From: Nautiliaceae bacterium
GTDB taxonomy: Bacteria > Campylobacterota > Campylobacteria > Campylobacterales > Nautiliaceae
Assembly: GCA_027062625.1 (NCBI GenBank)
Contig: JAMOSZ010000101.1
Location: 2,272 to 66,271 of the forward strand
Length of the DNA stretch: 64,000 bases
Direction: 5' to 3'
Shown here: positions 30,843 through 40,989 of the stretch, in pieces
Position numbering within the stretch: the stretch's first letter is position 1
Layout of the letters: each line of letters opens with the position of its first letter
The notes under the pieces: model-generated
What the model was told of the DNA's origin: nothing
The model's input: only the letters and a program-made list of their open reading frames with translations
Databases searched by the model: none
Made by a program: the position numbers and the translations under genes

Positions 30843-31736
30843 TTGAGAGCAATAATTTTGCATAATATGGGAGGAGCAAGAAGCCAAGAGGAGTTAAGAG
30901 AATTTTTGTTTAATATGTTTAAAGACAAAAGAATAATCTCATCCCCAATCCGCCACATCTTGGCTCCTATTATCTCAAATCTAAGATATAAAAAAGTTTG
31001 GAGAAACTATGAAAAAATAGGGGGAAGCAGAATATATGAACTAACAGAAAAACTTGCTAAAAAAATGCAAGAGTTTACAGACGATAAAGTAATTTATGCA
31101 ATGCGTTATACAAAGCCAAAACTAAAAGATGTTATTTATGAGTTTGATGAAGTTACAATTTTGCCACTTTACCCCCACTACTCATTTACAACTTATGAAA
31201 GTGTGCTTGATGACTTAAAATCCACAAACTACAAAGGTAAAGTCAATATCGTAAAACCATTTTACAAAGACAAAAGATTTAATCAAATAATCGCAAACAA
31301 AATCTTAAAAAGCACAGATAATCCAAGTAAATACCACTTAATCTTCTCAGCTCACGGAATCCCACAAAAGTTAGTTAAAAGAGGAGATAAATATTATGAG
31401 CAGATAAAAGAGCATACAAACCTTTTAAAGTCTCTCTTGCCCCAATTTAAATCCATCTCCCTTGCCTTTCAATCAAGATTTGGAATGGGTGAGTGGCTAA
31501 AACCATACCTTGATGAAGAACTTAAAAAATATAAAAATGAAAATGTGCTAATTTATCCCCTCTCTTTTATGATTGATAATTCAGAAACCGATTTAGAGTT
31601 AAAAGTAGAGTATAAAGAAATTGCAAAAGAGATAGGAATTAAAGAGTTTAGGGTAGTTGATGTACCAAATGATGATGAAAAAATTGCAAAATTTTTAGTG
31701 GAGTTAGCAAATGAGAGCCGTAATTCAAAGAGTTAA
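30843..31736 (+). CDS. hemH: Ferrochelatase
   Basis: 297 aa with a TTG start. ILHNMGGARSQEELREFLFNMF, LPLYPHYS and FSAHGIP are typical ferrochelatase segments. Confidence 0.9.
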   Translation: MRAIILHNMGGARSQEELREFLFNMFKDKRIISSPIRHILAPIISNLRYKKVWRNYEKIGGSRIYELTEKLAKKMQEFTDDKVIYAMRYTKPKLKDVIYEFDEVTILPLYPHYSFTTYESVLDDLKSTNYKGKVNIVKPFYKDKRFNQIIANKILKSTDNPSKYHLIFSAHGIPQKLVKRGDKYYEQIKEHTNLLKSLLPQFKSISLAFQSRFGMGEWLKPYLDEELKKYKNENVLIYPLSFMIDNSETDLELKVEYKEIAKEIGIKEFRVVDVPNDDEKIAKFLVELANESRNSKS

Positions 31737-32136
31737 ACACTCAAACGTAAAAGTAGAAGGTAAAATAATTAACGAAATAAAAAACGGACTTAATGTATTA
31801 ATTGGATTTGAAAAAGATGACACAGATGAAAAAATAGAAAAAATGGCAAAAAAAATCGCTAATATGAGACTATTTGGAAATAGATTTGAAAAAAGCGTAG
31901 TTGATATAAAAGGAGAAATTTTACTTATACCCAATTTTACACTTCCAGCAATCACCAAAAAAGGAACCCGCCCAAATTTCCAAAACTCTATGGAACCTTT
32001 GAGAGCAAAAGAGTTTTATGATAAAATGTTAATTACCCTAAATAAATATATTCCAACAAAAGGGGGAATCTTCCAAGCTCATATGGAAGTTGAAATTATT
32101 AATGATGGACCAGTAACAATAATTTTGGAGGTGTAA
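31711..32136 (+). CDS. dtd: D-aminoacyl-tRNA deacylase
   Basis: 141 aa. It starts MRAVIQRV and has the GFEKDD and SNFTL-like (PNFTLPA) motifs. It overlaps the hemH end by 26 nt. Confidence 0.93.
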   Translation: MRAVIQRVKHSNVKVEGKIINEIKNGLNVLIGFEKDDTDEKIEKMAKKIANMRLFGNRFEKSVVDIKGEILLIPNFTLPAITKKGTRPNFQNSMEPLRAKEFYDKMLITLNKYIPTKGGIFQAHMEVEIINDGPVTIILEV

Positions 32137-32137
32137 G

Positions 32138-32518
32138 ATGATAAAAAAGAGTGCAATTTTAATTATTGGAATTTTGGCGTTTGGATTTAACATCAAAGAG
32201 TTTACAACTTGCAAAAATGTAAAAAACCTAACTCCAATCAATCCTACTACTGAATTTAGCATAAAAGATAAAAGGGCTTACGCATTTGCATATTTAACCG
32301 ATATTAAAGAGAATAAAAAGATAGATTTTATATGGGAGAAAAAAGTAAAAGATAAATGGAAAATCTACTCAGATGTAAAACTCCAAATAAAAAAAGGTCC
32401 AAGATGGAGGACCTATTCATCTATTAGAATAGACAAACCATACTTTAAGGGAGAATGGAGAGTGAGTCTTTATGATAAAAATCTCTCTTTAAAAACGATA
32501 AACTTCAATATAAAATAA
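32138..32518 (+). CDS. Small exported protein, DUF2914-like
   Basis: 126 aa with an N-terminal hydrophobic signal. The C-terminal RWRTYSSIRI...GEWRVSLYDKNLSLKTINFNI resembles the DUF2914 pattern (RWRtwS...G.W.V.v.d..G..L). This is a recollection, not a search result. Confidence 0.4.
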   Translation: MIKKSAILIIGILAFGFNIKEFTTCKNVKNLTPINPTTEFSIKDKRAYAFAYLTDIKENKKIDFIWEKKVKDKWKIYSDVKLQIKKGPRWRTYSSIRIDKPYFKGEWRVSLYDKNLSLKTINFNIK

Positions 32519-32824
32519 CTATTTTTTTACACATTTTCTCTCATAATTAAACTTACATTTCAAAAAAGCATCAGTTATTTCAGCTCCCTTGATGCTTTTG
32601 CAATTGCTAAACATTACAGAATGAATAACTTTTCCACCAATATTAAAAGCTTTTGCGACAAAAAAACAACCTTTATTGCTTTTCATATAATCTTTTAAAT
32701 CAACAATAGAATCAATTTGTATAGGAGGCTTTAAACATTTAAGAGAAGAACCTTCTTTTACAGCAAAAACTCGAAATTGTGCAAAACTAAATGTAGCTAC
32801 TAAAAATAACAACACCTTTTTCAT
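32519..32824 (-). CDS. Small secreted cysteine-containing protein, function unknown
   Basis: 101 aa with signal peptide MKKVLLFLVATFSFAQF and five mature-region cysteines. It is convergent with the previous gene, with zero intergenic bases. Confidence 0.45.
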   Translation of the reverse strand: MKKVLLFLVATFSFAQFRVFAVKEGSSLKCLKPPIQIDSIVDLKDYMKSNKGCFFVAKAFNIGGKVIHSVMFSNCKSIKGAEITDAFLKCKFNYERKCVKK

Positions 32825-32888
32825 TGCTTTCTCCTTAAAAAGAAGTAACAGCTATATTATATAAAAAAAGAAAGAGAGGAGAAGCGGA

Positions 32889-34769
32889 TTATTCAACTTC
32901 TGCATCAATTACGTCGTCATCTCCACCTTTGTTTTGTTGTCCGCTTTGTTGAGCTCCGCTTTGAGCTGAACCTTGTGCCATACTTTGAGCTACTTTTTGA
33001 AGTTCTGCCTCAATTTGAGATTTTACTTCTTCAATTTTAGCTTTATCTTCGCTTTGTTCTTCAATCAGTTTTTTAGCTTCTGCAATTTTATCTTCAAGAG
33101 CTTTTGTATCAGCTGTAATTTTATCTTTGTTTTCTTTTAAGAATTTCTCAGCTTGATATGCAACAGCATCAAGTTCGTTTCTTGCTTTGATAGCCTCAAT
33201 TCTTGCTTGTTCTCTTTTGTTTGCCTCTTCTGCTTCTTTAATCATTCTCTCAATCTCTTCTTCGCTTAGAGTTGAGCTTCCAGTAATTGTAATTTTTTGT
33301 TCTTTTCCAGTATCTTTATCTTTTGCTGTTACGTTTAAGATACCGTTTGCGTCAATATCAAATGTAACTTCAATTTGAGGCACTCCTCTTGGTGCTGGTC
33401 TAATTCCTTCAAGGTTAAACATACCAAGCGATTTATTATCTTTTGCAAGTTCAGCCTCACCTTGTAATACATGAATTGTAACTGCTGTTTGATTATCCTC
33501 AGCTGTACTGAAAATTTGTGATTTTCTTACTGGAATTGTTGTACCTTTTGGAATAATTTTTGTCATTACTCCACCAAGTGTTTCAATTCCAAGGCTAAGT
33601 GGTGTTACATCAAGCAATAACACATCTTTTACATCACCTTTAATCACCCCTGCTTGAATTGCTGCACCAAGTGCAACCACTTCATCTGGATTAACTGATT
33701 TATTTAGTTTTTTACCGTTAAAGTAATCACTTACCAATTTTTGAACTTTTGGAATTCTAGTACTTCCACCAACCATTACAATTTCATCAATATCATCTTT
33801 GCTAAGTCCTGCATCTTTAAGTGCAGTATCAATATGTTGTAATGTTTCTTGAAGCAAATCATCAATCATAGCTTCAAATTTAGCTCTTGTTAATTTTTTA
33901 ACCAAGTGTTTTGGTCCACTTGCATCAGCTGTAATAAATGGTAAGTTAATTTCTGTCTCTTCTTTTGTTGATAATTCTTTTTTAGCTTGCTCAGCTGCAT
34001 CTTTAAGTCTTTGCAGTGCCATTTTATCATTACTTAAATCAATTCCAGTCTCAGCTTTAAATTCATCAATTAACCATTGAACGATTCTATTATCAAAATC
34101 ATCTCCACCTAAGAATGCGTTACCATCAGTTGATAATACTTGGAATGTTCCATCACCAATTTCAAGAACAGTTACGTCAAATGTACCACCACCAAGGTCA
34201 TAAACTAAAACTTTTTCTTCACCTTTTTTATCAAGCCCATATGCAAGTGCCGCTGCTGTTGGCTCGTTGATAATTCTAAGTACATTTAGCCCTGCAATTT
34301 TTCCAGCTTCTTGTGTTGCTTTTCTTTGAGCGTCATTAAAGTAAGCCGGTACTGTAATTACAGCTTCTGTAACTTCTTCACCAAAAAATTCTTCCGCATC
34401 ATTTTTTAATTTTTGTAAAATTTTTGCACTAATTTCCTGAGGTGTATAAACTTTTCCATCAACCTCAACAGCACACGCCCCGTTTTTATCAACGATTTTA
34501 TATTGAACGTGCTTTTTAGCTTCCTGAGCTTTTGGCTCATTACACATCATCCCCATAATTCTTTTAACTGAATAAATAGTTCTCTCAGGATTTGTAATTG
34601 CTTGTCTTTTAGCAGGCTCACCTACTAAAACACCTTTATCAGTAAATGCTACTACACTAGGAGTAGTGTTTTTACCTTCTTTATTTGGAATAATTTTTGC
34701 ATCTTTTCCATCATAATACGCCATTGCTGAGTTAGTTGTACCTAAGTCAATTCCTATTACTCTTCCCAT
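32889..34769 (-). CDS. dnaK: Molecular chaperone DnaK (Hsp70)
   Basis: 626 aa with [17 protein letters not shown] and a C-terminal acidic tail. Confidence 0.98.
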   Translation of the reverse strand: MGRVIGIDLGTTNSAMAYYDGKDAKIIPNKEGKNTTPSVVAFTDKGVLVGEPAKRQAITNPERTIYSVKRIMGMMCNEPKAQEAKKHVQYKIVDKNGACAVEVDGKVYTPQEISAKILQKLKNDAEEFFGEEVTEAVITVPAYFNDAQRKATQEAGKIAGLNVLRIINEPTAAALAYGLDKKGEEKVLVYDLGGGTFDVTVLEIGDGTFQVLSTDGNAFLGGDDFDNRIVQWLIDEFKAETGIDLSNDKMALQRLKDAAEQAKKELSTKEETEINLPFITADASGPKHLVKKLTRAKFEAMIDDLLQETLQHIDTALKDAGLSKDDIDEIVMVGGSTRIPKVQKLVSDYFNGKKLNKSVNPDEVVALGAAIQAGVIKGDVKDVLLLDVTPLSLGIETLGGVMTKIIPKGTTIPVRKSQIFSTAEDNQTAVTIHVLQGEAELAKDNKSLGMFNLEGIRPAPRGVPQIEVTFDIDANGILNVTAKDKDTGKEQKITITGSSTLSEEEIERMIKEAEEANKREQARIEAIKARNELDAVAYQAEKFLKENKDKITADTKALEDKIAEAKKLIEEQSEDKAKIEEVKSQIEAELQKVAQSMAQGSAQSGAQQSGQQNKGGDDDVIDAEVE

Positions 34770-34784
34770 ATTTCCCTCCTTAAA

Positions 34785-35342
34785 TTAATTTTTTTTATTT
34801 ATTGTAACCATAGATGGTCTAATTAGTTTTCCTTTTAGAGTGTATCCTTTTTGATACACATCAACAATATCACCTTCTTTATGTTCATCAGAAGTGACAT
34901 GTTGAACTGCCTGATGAAACTCAGGGTTAAACTCTTCATGTTCAACTGGCTCAATGCCGTGATTTTTAAAAGTATCAAGCATTTTTTTAAGGGTAAGTTC
35001 TACCCCTTCAAGCAATTTATCAAATGCTTCTTCTTTGTTTTTAATATTTTTAGCATGAGTTATTGCAAGTTCTAAGCTATCCACAACCGGAAGCAAATCT
35101 TTTGCAAATCTCTCATACGCATAATCAACCATTGCATCGGCTTCTTTTTTAAGAATTTTTTTATCGTTTTCACATCTCGCATAAGCTCTTAAACACTCAT
35201 CAAGCTTATTTTTAAGCTCTTCATTTTGTTTAAGAAGCTCTTCTACATTAACTTCTACTTCCTTAGATTCTTCATTAGTAGAAGTTTGAGTAGCTTTATT
35301 AGAGGTTTTTACTTCCTCTTTTTGCTTTTTCTTTTTTTTCAT
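34785..35342 (-). CDS. grpE: Nucleotide exchange factor GrpE
   Basis: 185 aa with an N-terminal coiled coil and a GrpE C-terminal beta-domain (VYQKGYTLKGKLIRPSMVTI). It lies directly upstream of dnaK. Confidence 0.95.
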   Translation of the reverse strand: MKKKKKQKEEVKTSNKATQTSTNEESKEVEVNVEELLKQNEELKNKLDECLRAYARCENDKKILKKEADAMVDYAYERFAKDLLPVVDSLELAITHAKNIKNKEEAFDKLLEGVELTLKKMLDTFKNHGIEPVEHEEFNPEFHQAVQHVTSDEHKEGDIVDVYQKGYTLKGKLIRPSMVTINKKN

Positions 35343-35361
35343 ATCCCCTCCTTAAAAGGAC

Positions 35362-35376
35362 ATCTATTAAATAGAT
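35362..35376. promoter_or_regulatory. Perfect 15-bp palindrome ATCTATT-A-AATAGAT in the grpE leader (candidate operator)
   Basis: Seen directly in the sequence. It lies between the predicted -10 box and the grpE RBS. Confidence 0.35.
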
Positions 35377-35388
35377 TAATACATTGAA

Positions 35389-35417
35389 ATTATATCCTCT
35401 TAATTCAAAAAAGTCAA
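35389..35417 (-). promoter_or_regulatory. Sigma70-type promoter of grpE-dnaK
   Basis: On the minus strand it reads TTGACT (35417-35412), a 17-nt spacer, then TATAAT (35394-35389), about 45 nt upstream of the grpE ATG. Confidence 0.55.
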
Positions 35418-35458
35418 GAAAATTTATAAGAAAATTTAAAAAAGTTTAGTTAAGATAA

Positions 35459-36463
35459 CTAAACTTTTACTTTTTCGTAAAATTTGAGAATTGAGACAAA
35501 CAAAGAAGTAACAGCAGGTCCTATAATAATTCCCCAAATACCAAAACTGCTAAGCCCAGCTACAATTGAAAAGAAAATAAGCAAAGAGTTTATCTCTACA
35601 TCGTTTTTAATCCACTGCTTTACTTTATGAATAATCCAAGGTTTTACAAAAGTATCTGCAATAATTGAAATTACTACAATTGAGTAAATTGCTACAACAA
35701 TAGCCCCTTGAATATTTCCATTTGCATAAAGATACAAACTAACAGGTCCCCACATAATAATCCCACCAATTAAAGGAATTAATGACGCAAAAGCATACAT
35801 AATACTAAAAAAGAAAAAATCAAGTCCATACAAACTTACAACAAAACCAAATAAAACCCCTTCAAGAAGTGCTGTTAAGATGGTAGAGATAAAAACTATA
35901 CTCATTACTTCGCTTGTGCCAAAAAACAAAGTCTCTAATTTCTCATCTTCAATTGGAATTACTCTTTTTAAATAAAACAAAATACTATCTCCATACATAA
36001 TTGCAACTGCAAAAAAGATAACAATTAACGCACTATCTTTTATAAAAATTGCACTCTTTGCAGTTAAAGTCCCAACAAGCGGCATAATATTTTGGTATAA
36101 GCTTTGAAGCTTTGATTCGTTAAAAAAGGAGTGAACTTCTTTGCTTATAAATGAAGGAAGATAATCTAAAAGAGTTTGGGCTTTTTCAATAATTAATTTC
36201 ACCTCATCAAAACTAACCTTAGAAACAAACTTCCCAACCTCTATTAAAAAATACATCAAAGGTCCAAAAATAAGCAAAGTAAGAGATAATGTTAAAATTG
36301 CAGTAATTAAGATTTTATTTTTAATAAACTTAGATAAAAAAAAGTGCACCTTCCCAACAGCAATAGCAAGCAAAGCCGCAATAGCAATATCCATCAAATA
36401 AGGTTTATAAGTTAAATAAACAAAATACCCAACTACAACCGTTAAAATTGTAAAAAAGTTCAT
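35459..36463 (-). CDS. AI-2E family transporter (PerM/YhhT-like permease)
   Basis: 334 aa with about 8 TM helices. The length and hydrophobicity layout, with a central soluble insert, are typical of AI-2E family proteins. Confidence 0.7.
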   Translation of the reverse strand: MNFFTILTVVVGYFVYLTYKPYLMDIAIAALLAIAVGKVHFFLSKFIKNKILITAILTLSLTLLIFGPLMYFLIEVGKFVSKVSFDEVKLIIEKAQTLLDYLPSFISKEVHSFFNESKLQSLYQNIMPLVGTLTAKSAIFIKDSALIVIFFAVAIMYGDSILFYLKRVIPIEDEKLETLFFGTSEVMSIVFISTILTALLEGVLFGFVVSLYGLDFFFFSIMYAFASLIPLIGGIIMWGPVSLYLYANGNIQGAIVVAIYSIVVISIIADTFVKPWIIHKVKQWIKNDVEINSLLIFFSIVAGLSSFGIWGIIIGPAVTSLFVSILKFYEKVKV

Positions 36464-36471
36464 AATCTCTC

Positions 36472-37443
36472 CTAACTAAAAATCTCATAACTCTTCTTAG
36501 TAGCAATTCTACCTTTTGGAGTTTTTTGAATATACCCATTTGCAATAAGATATGGTTCAATAACATCCTCAATCGTATCCTCATCCTCACTTAAAGCAGC
36601 AGCAATTGTGGAGAGTCCAAGAGGTTTTTTAGCTTCAATCAAAAGCTTTAAAAACCTTACATCAAGCTCATCAAACCCTCTCTCATCAATTCCAAGTTGA
36701 TTTAAAGCATACTTTGCAAGAGATTTATCAATTACTCCCCTACCCTCAACCTCAGCAAAATCCCTAACTCTTTTTAAGAGTCTTAGCGCAATTCTTGGAG
36801 TTGAACGAGAGCGCTTTGCAATCTCAAACGCTCCATCATCTTTTATCTTAATTCCTAACTTTTTAGCCGCAAGTTTTACAATTAAGCTAAGCTCATCAAT
36901 GCTATAAAATCCCAGCCTAAAACTCATCCCAAACCTATCTCTTAACGGATTGCTAAGCATCCCAGCCCTTGTAGTAGCTCCAATTAAAGTAAATTTTGCA
37001 ACATCTATTTTGATAGTCTGAGCCGCAGGACCACTCCCTACTACTATATCAAGCCTAAAATCCTCCATTGCTGAATATAAAACTTCTTCTATTGAGGCTT
37101 TTAATCTATGAATTTCATCAATAAACAAAATATCTCCATCTTCAAGGTTAGTTAAAATCGCAGCCAAATCTCCTTGCTTTTCAAGCATTGGAGCTGAAAT
37201 TGTTTTTATATTCGTATCCATCTCATTTGCAATAACATTTGCAAGAGTTGTCTTTCCAAGCCCAGGAGGTCCAAAAAAAAGCATATGATCCAAATTTTCA
37301 TCTCTTTTTTTTGCAGCTTTTATAAATACTCTTAAATTTTTTTTTATCTGTTCTTGCCCAATGTATTCATCAAGATTTTGAGGTCTTAGAGACTTTTCAT
37401 AATTTTCTTCAAAACTTACCTTTTCAATCTCAACTATTCTCAC
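36472..37443 (-). CDS. ruvB: Holliday junction branch-migration helicase RuvB
   Basis: 323 aa with [12 protein letters not shown], Walker [10 protein letters not shown], Walker B FIDEIHR and a C-terminal winged helix. Confidence 0.97.
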   Translation of the reverse strand: MRIVEIEKVSFEENYEKSLRPQNLDEYIGQEQIKKNLRVFIKAAKKRDENLDHMLFFGPPGLGKTTLANVIANEMDTNIKTISAPMLEKQGDLAAILTNLEDGDILFIDEIHRLKASIEEVLYSAMEDFRLDIVVGSGPAAQTIKIDVAKFTLIGATTRAGMLSNPLRDRFGMSFRLGFYSIDELSLIVKLAAKKLGIKIKDDGAFEIAKRSRSTPRIALRLLKRVRDFAEVEGRGVIDKSLAKYALNQLGIDERGFDELDVRFLKLLIEAKKPLGLSTIAAALSEDEDTIEDVIEPYLIANGYIQKTPKGRIATKKSYEIFS

Positions 37444-37483
37444 ATCTTTTCCTTTTAATATTTAAATATTCCGTAATTTTTAT

Positions 37484-38026
37484 CTAAATAAATTCAATCA
37501 AAACTCTATCATCTTTTAAAATGCCAAATTCATAAAAAATAGCTAATACTATTTTCTCTTTTTCTTTATTATTAAGTGCATTATAAAAAAACTTATCAAT
37601 ATTATTAATAAATACAAAATAATCTTTATCTATTCCCCACCAATCCATAAACAAAACAGTATCTGAAACGATTCTCATCTCTAAAACATCAATAAGCTTT
37701 AAAACTTTATCTTTTAAGGATAAATTTTGATATTTTTTTGTAAGGAGTAATTTATTTTTTGATTTTCTAAAAAGTCTTGAAGCAATTAAAAGATTTTTAA
37801 ATAGCTTCACCTCAAAAATAGTATCTTCTTTTAAATTTTGTGGTTTTTTAATAAATAGCCCACTACTTGCAAGTTCTTCAACTATTTTTATAGGCAAGTT
37901 TCCTTTTTTTGTAAGTTTAATTTCAGGGTAATTATAGATAATTTCTAGCTTTTTAGCTATTGGAATATTTTTTATTTCATCTTCACTTAAATTTTCCAAA
38001 AACTCTTTAATTTTATCTTTTATCAT
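37484..38026 (-). CDS. Hypothetical protein (180 aa), third gene of the restriction-type island
   Basis: Its start overlaps the stop of the 988-aa enzyme by 4 nt. I recognise no motif and see no TM segments. Confidence 0.5.
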   Translation of the reverse strand: MIKDKIKEFLENLSEDEIKNIPIAKKLEIIYNYPEIKLTKKGNLPIKIVEELASSGLFIKKPQNLKEDTIFEVKLFKNLLIASRLFRKSKNKLLLTKKYQNLSLKDKVLKLIDVLEMRIVSDTVLFMDWWGIDKDYFVFINNIDKFFYNALNNKEKEKIVLAIFYEFGILKDDRVLIEFI

Positions 38027-40989
38027 TTTATTTCCTTTATCTCTTGCATAACCTCATCCGTTTTTATTAAAATATCTACAATCTGATTAAGTTCTTTAAA
38101 AGTTTCTCTATTAAGCTCATTATTATCTTTTAAAAACTTCAATACCACCTGATAACCTCCTATATAAAAATCAAACGCAACTTTTGGAATAATAAGTTTT
38201 GAAGTTTTATTTATTTTAACTTCTACTTTATCATCAATATATTTAATAGATTTTTTATTTATCTTTTCTATTTTCGTATCATCTCCAATAAATTCCACAA
38301 CCTTATTAAAAGGCGCTTTTTTTAAGTGAAGTTTTATTAATTTTTTGCCAAGTTCGGCATATTTAAAAAATCTCTTTTTATTTGGATAAGGAATTCTTGG
38401 AAAATCTATTTTTAAAAATTCGTTATATTTTTCTCTATATTCAGGATTATGTAATACTGCATAAATATAAGCAATTATATCAATTTCGCTAAAACTATCT
38501 TGATTTTTATTATCTAAATTTATCTCATATAAAGGCTTAAATGGTAGCTTTAATTTTTTTTCAAAGTTTTTTATTATCTCTTCGTTTAAATTTAGGGATT
38601 TGGTTTCTATTAGGTTGTTTTCGTCATTGTATAGGTAGAGGGGAAAGATGTAATTGGTTTCTTTTCCTTTATTTGAAATAAAACATCTTTCTACTAATTT
38701 CTCACTTACAAAAATATGATTAAAATCATTAGAACTTAATAATCTTATACTCACTAATGCAATATTTTCAAAAAACAAATGTTTTTGAACTTTTTCAAAT
38801 CCCCTCCTTAAAAGCAAATTATCATAATAAACAAATCTTTTATCAAAAACTCTATAATCAATTTCTTTTATATTGCTTTCACTAAATTGAGTTTTTTTAA
38901 TATTTTGCAAAAGTCTAAAATTTGAATTACTTTTTATTTTATATTTTTCTAAAATTTCTTGTGGATTTTCAAATAGCTCTCTTATTTTTTCTTTTAACTT
39001 TTCTTTGTTTTTAGCAATAAATAACTCATCTTTTCCTGTCTCTATCCCACTACTATACACCTTAAATAACTCATTAATCTTAAAACCTTTTTTATACTCT
39101 TTTTCATTGCTAAAATCTTTTGGAATAAAAAAGTAATAAGGCTTTTTAGTTTCTAGCTCTTGCCAGGAAATTGAGTTTATATCGTTTTTTATTAAAAAAT
39201 TATATTTAAATTCTCTTTTTCCATACAAATCATAATAATAAACTTTTGCTTGCTTTTTAGAATCAGATGTTTTTACAAAAATATTAATGCTAACTCCCTG
39301 CCTTATATCAAAAACATTTTCATCTTTGTTACCATTTGGAGAAGTTTCATTTTTTTTACTATCACCATGAAGATTAAGAATATAAATTTTATCAAAACTC
39401 TCAAGCAACTTTTTCCTCATTTGTCTGTGAATTATTCCATCAAGAAAAGAGTTATTTGTAATAAAAGCAATAATACCTCTTTTATTTTTTTCTATATACC
39501 ACTGAGCTAATCTTATAAATTTTATATAATCATCAGATAAAGGTTGAATATTTTTTTCATTTAATCCCTCTTTATAATCTTTCATTAAATCTTCAATCCA
39601 CTCATTTTTATTGGCACTACTTACGCTATAAGGCGGATTACCAATAACTACTCTAACATCTTCTTCTTTTTTTATCCTATCTGCCTCTCTTGATTCAAGC
39701 GCAAGGTAAGTTGAAAAAATTGAGGCATAATCTTCATTTGGGGGTTCAAGTGAATTGGTAAGATAAATATTTAGTCTTTTTTTTGGATTTAATAAAATAT
39801 CCATCTTTAAATGCGCCATTGCATAACTTGCCATAAGCAATTCAAACCCAAAGAGTCTATTTATAAGCCTTTCTTTAAACTCATCCCAGTTTATTATAAA
39901 AGGGTCGTTTTTTAAAAACTTTACAATCTCAGCCAAAAATGTCCCAGTCCCCGTTGCAGGGTCAAGAATTTTAACATCACTTGCAAGTCCATCAACTCCA
40001 AATTCATCTTTTAAAATCAAATCAGTTGAATTTACCATAAATTTAACTACCTCTTTTGGAGTATAATAAACCCCTCTTTGTTTTCTTTTAACTGGATCAT
40101 ATTCAGATAAAAAATCTTCATAAAAATATATTATCTCATCTTCTTTTATTAGTTCTCTTAAATTTGTTCTTAAAAAAATTTCTGTAAGTTCATCTATTAT
40201 CCAAATAATCCTACTATCTACCTCATCATCATCGCTTATATATTTAAAAAGCCCCTTTAAAAACGGATGAGACGAAGGTATAAGCCGCCTTGCTTCTTCT
40301 CTGCTAAAATTTTCAAGCGTATAATCGTGATACCTTGCAATAAAAAGCCCAAAAGCAATAGTCTGAGCAAAAATATCTGCAAATTCATCCTCGCTTATAT
40401 CGTGAATTAACACTTTTTTAAATACTTCATACTGCATATAAAGGGTTGAATTTTTATCTTTTAGAGTCTTTGATAAAATATCTTTTAAAAGCAAAGCTCT
40501 ATTTGCCATTAAGTTTATTAAAATTTTTGGGGATTTTATGGTTTGGGTTGGTCTTTTTATAAAAGCGTTAATTAATCTTTTAAACTCATCAAACTTTTCA
40601 AAAAATCCAACAACTTCATTATTTTCGATTTTACCAATACTAATTCTTGCAACCTCTTTTTGACGTGAATAAAAAATAAAATCAAGATAATTTGTAAAAA
40701 TTACATTATCAAGCCCTTTAATATAGCGGCTAAATTGCTCTTTAAACTCTTTATTTTCTAAATTTTTAGTAATATCTTTGGCTTCAATGTAACATAGAGG
40801 AATATTATTTTTGCTAATAACAAAATCCGGCGCTCCAACTTCAACCCTTGCAGGCTCGTTTGTAATAACTACATCTTCATCAATTACCTTTTTTAAAAAC
40901 TCTTCAAACGCCCCCCTGTAACTATGCTCTCTTGCTTTTTTTGTTTTAAACTGGATATTTAGGTTCTTTATATACTCCCTCACAACCAA
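38023..40989 (-). CDS. Single-polypeptide restriction-modification enzyme (type IIG/IIL-like): N-terminal PD-ExK nuclease, gamma-class N6-adenine methyltransferase and a type-ISP-like C-terminal specificity domain
   Basis: 988 aa. Nuclease motif: GAPDFVISKNNIPLCYIEAKD. SAM motif I: ILDPATGTGTFL. Motif IV: VIGNPPYSVSS. The C-terminal FYIGGYQVVLKFLKDN resembles the IGGYQV..KWLKDR signature of type ISP C-terminal domains. There is no helicase/ATPase motif. Confidence 0.8.
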   Translation of the reverse strand: MVVREYIKNLNIQFKTKKAREHSYRGAFEEFLKKVIDEDVVITNEPARVEVGAPDFVISKNNIPLCYIEAKDITKNLENKEFKEQFSRYIKGLDNVIFTNYLDFIFYSRQKEVARISIGKIENNEVVGFFEKFDEFKRLINAFIKRPTQTIKSPKILINLMANRALLLKDILSKTLKDKNSTLYMQYEVFKKVLIHDISEDEFADIFAQTIAFGLFIARYHDYTLENFSREEARRLIPSSHPFLKGLFKYISDDDEVDSRIIWIIDELTEIFLRTNLRELIKEDEIIYFYEDFLSEYDPVKRKQRGVYYTPKEVVKFMVNSTDLILKDEFGVDGLASDVKILDPATGTGTFLAEIVKFLKNDPFIINWDEFKERLINRLFGFELLMASYAMAHLKMDILLNPKKRLNIYLTNSLEPPNEDYASIFSTYLALESREADRIKKEEDVRVVIGNPPYSVSSANKNEWIEDLMKDYKEGLNEKNIQPLSDDYIKFIRLAQWYIEKNKRGIIAFITNNSFLDGIIHRQMRKKLLESFDKIYILNLHGDSKKNETSPNGNKDENVFDIRQGVSINIFVKTSDSKKQAKVYYYDLYGKREFKYNFLIKNDINSISWQELETKKPYYFFIPKDFSNEKEYKKGFKINELFKVYSSGIETGKDELFIAKNKEKLKEKIRELFENPQEILEKYKIKSNSNFRLLQNIKKTQFSESNIKEIDYRVFDKRFVYYDNLLLRRGFEKVQKHLFFENIALVSIRLLSSNDFNHIFVSEKLVERCFISNKGKETNYIFPLYLYNDENNLIETKSLNLNEEIIKNFEKKLKLPFKPLYEINLDNKNQDSFSEIDIIAYIYAVLHNPEYREKYNEFLKIDFPRIPYPNKKRFFKYAELGKKLIKLHLKKAPFNKVVEFIGDDTKIEKINKKSIKYIDDKVEVKINKTSKLIIPKVAFDFYIGGYQVVLKFLKDNNELNRETFKELNQIVDILIKTDEVMQEIKEIK

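Noticed and set aside
37457-37470. 14-bp perfect palindrome AATATTTAAATATT between the 180-aa gene and ruvB
   Set aside because: It is made entirely of A and T, and such palindromes arise easily by chance in this genome. It has no G/C stem to act as a terminator.
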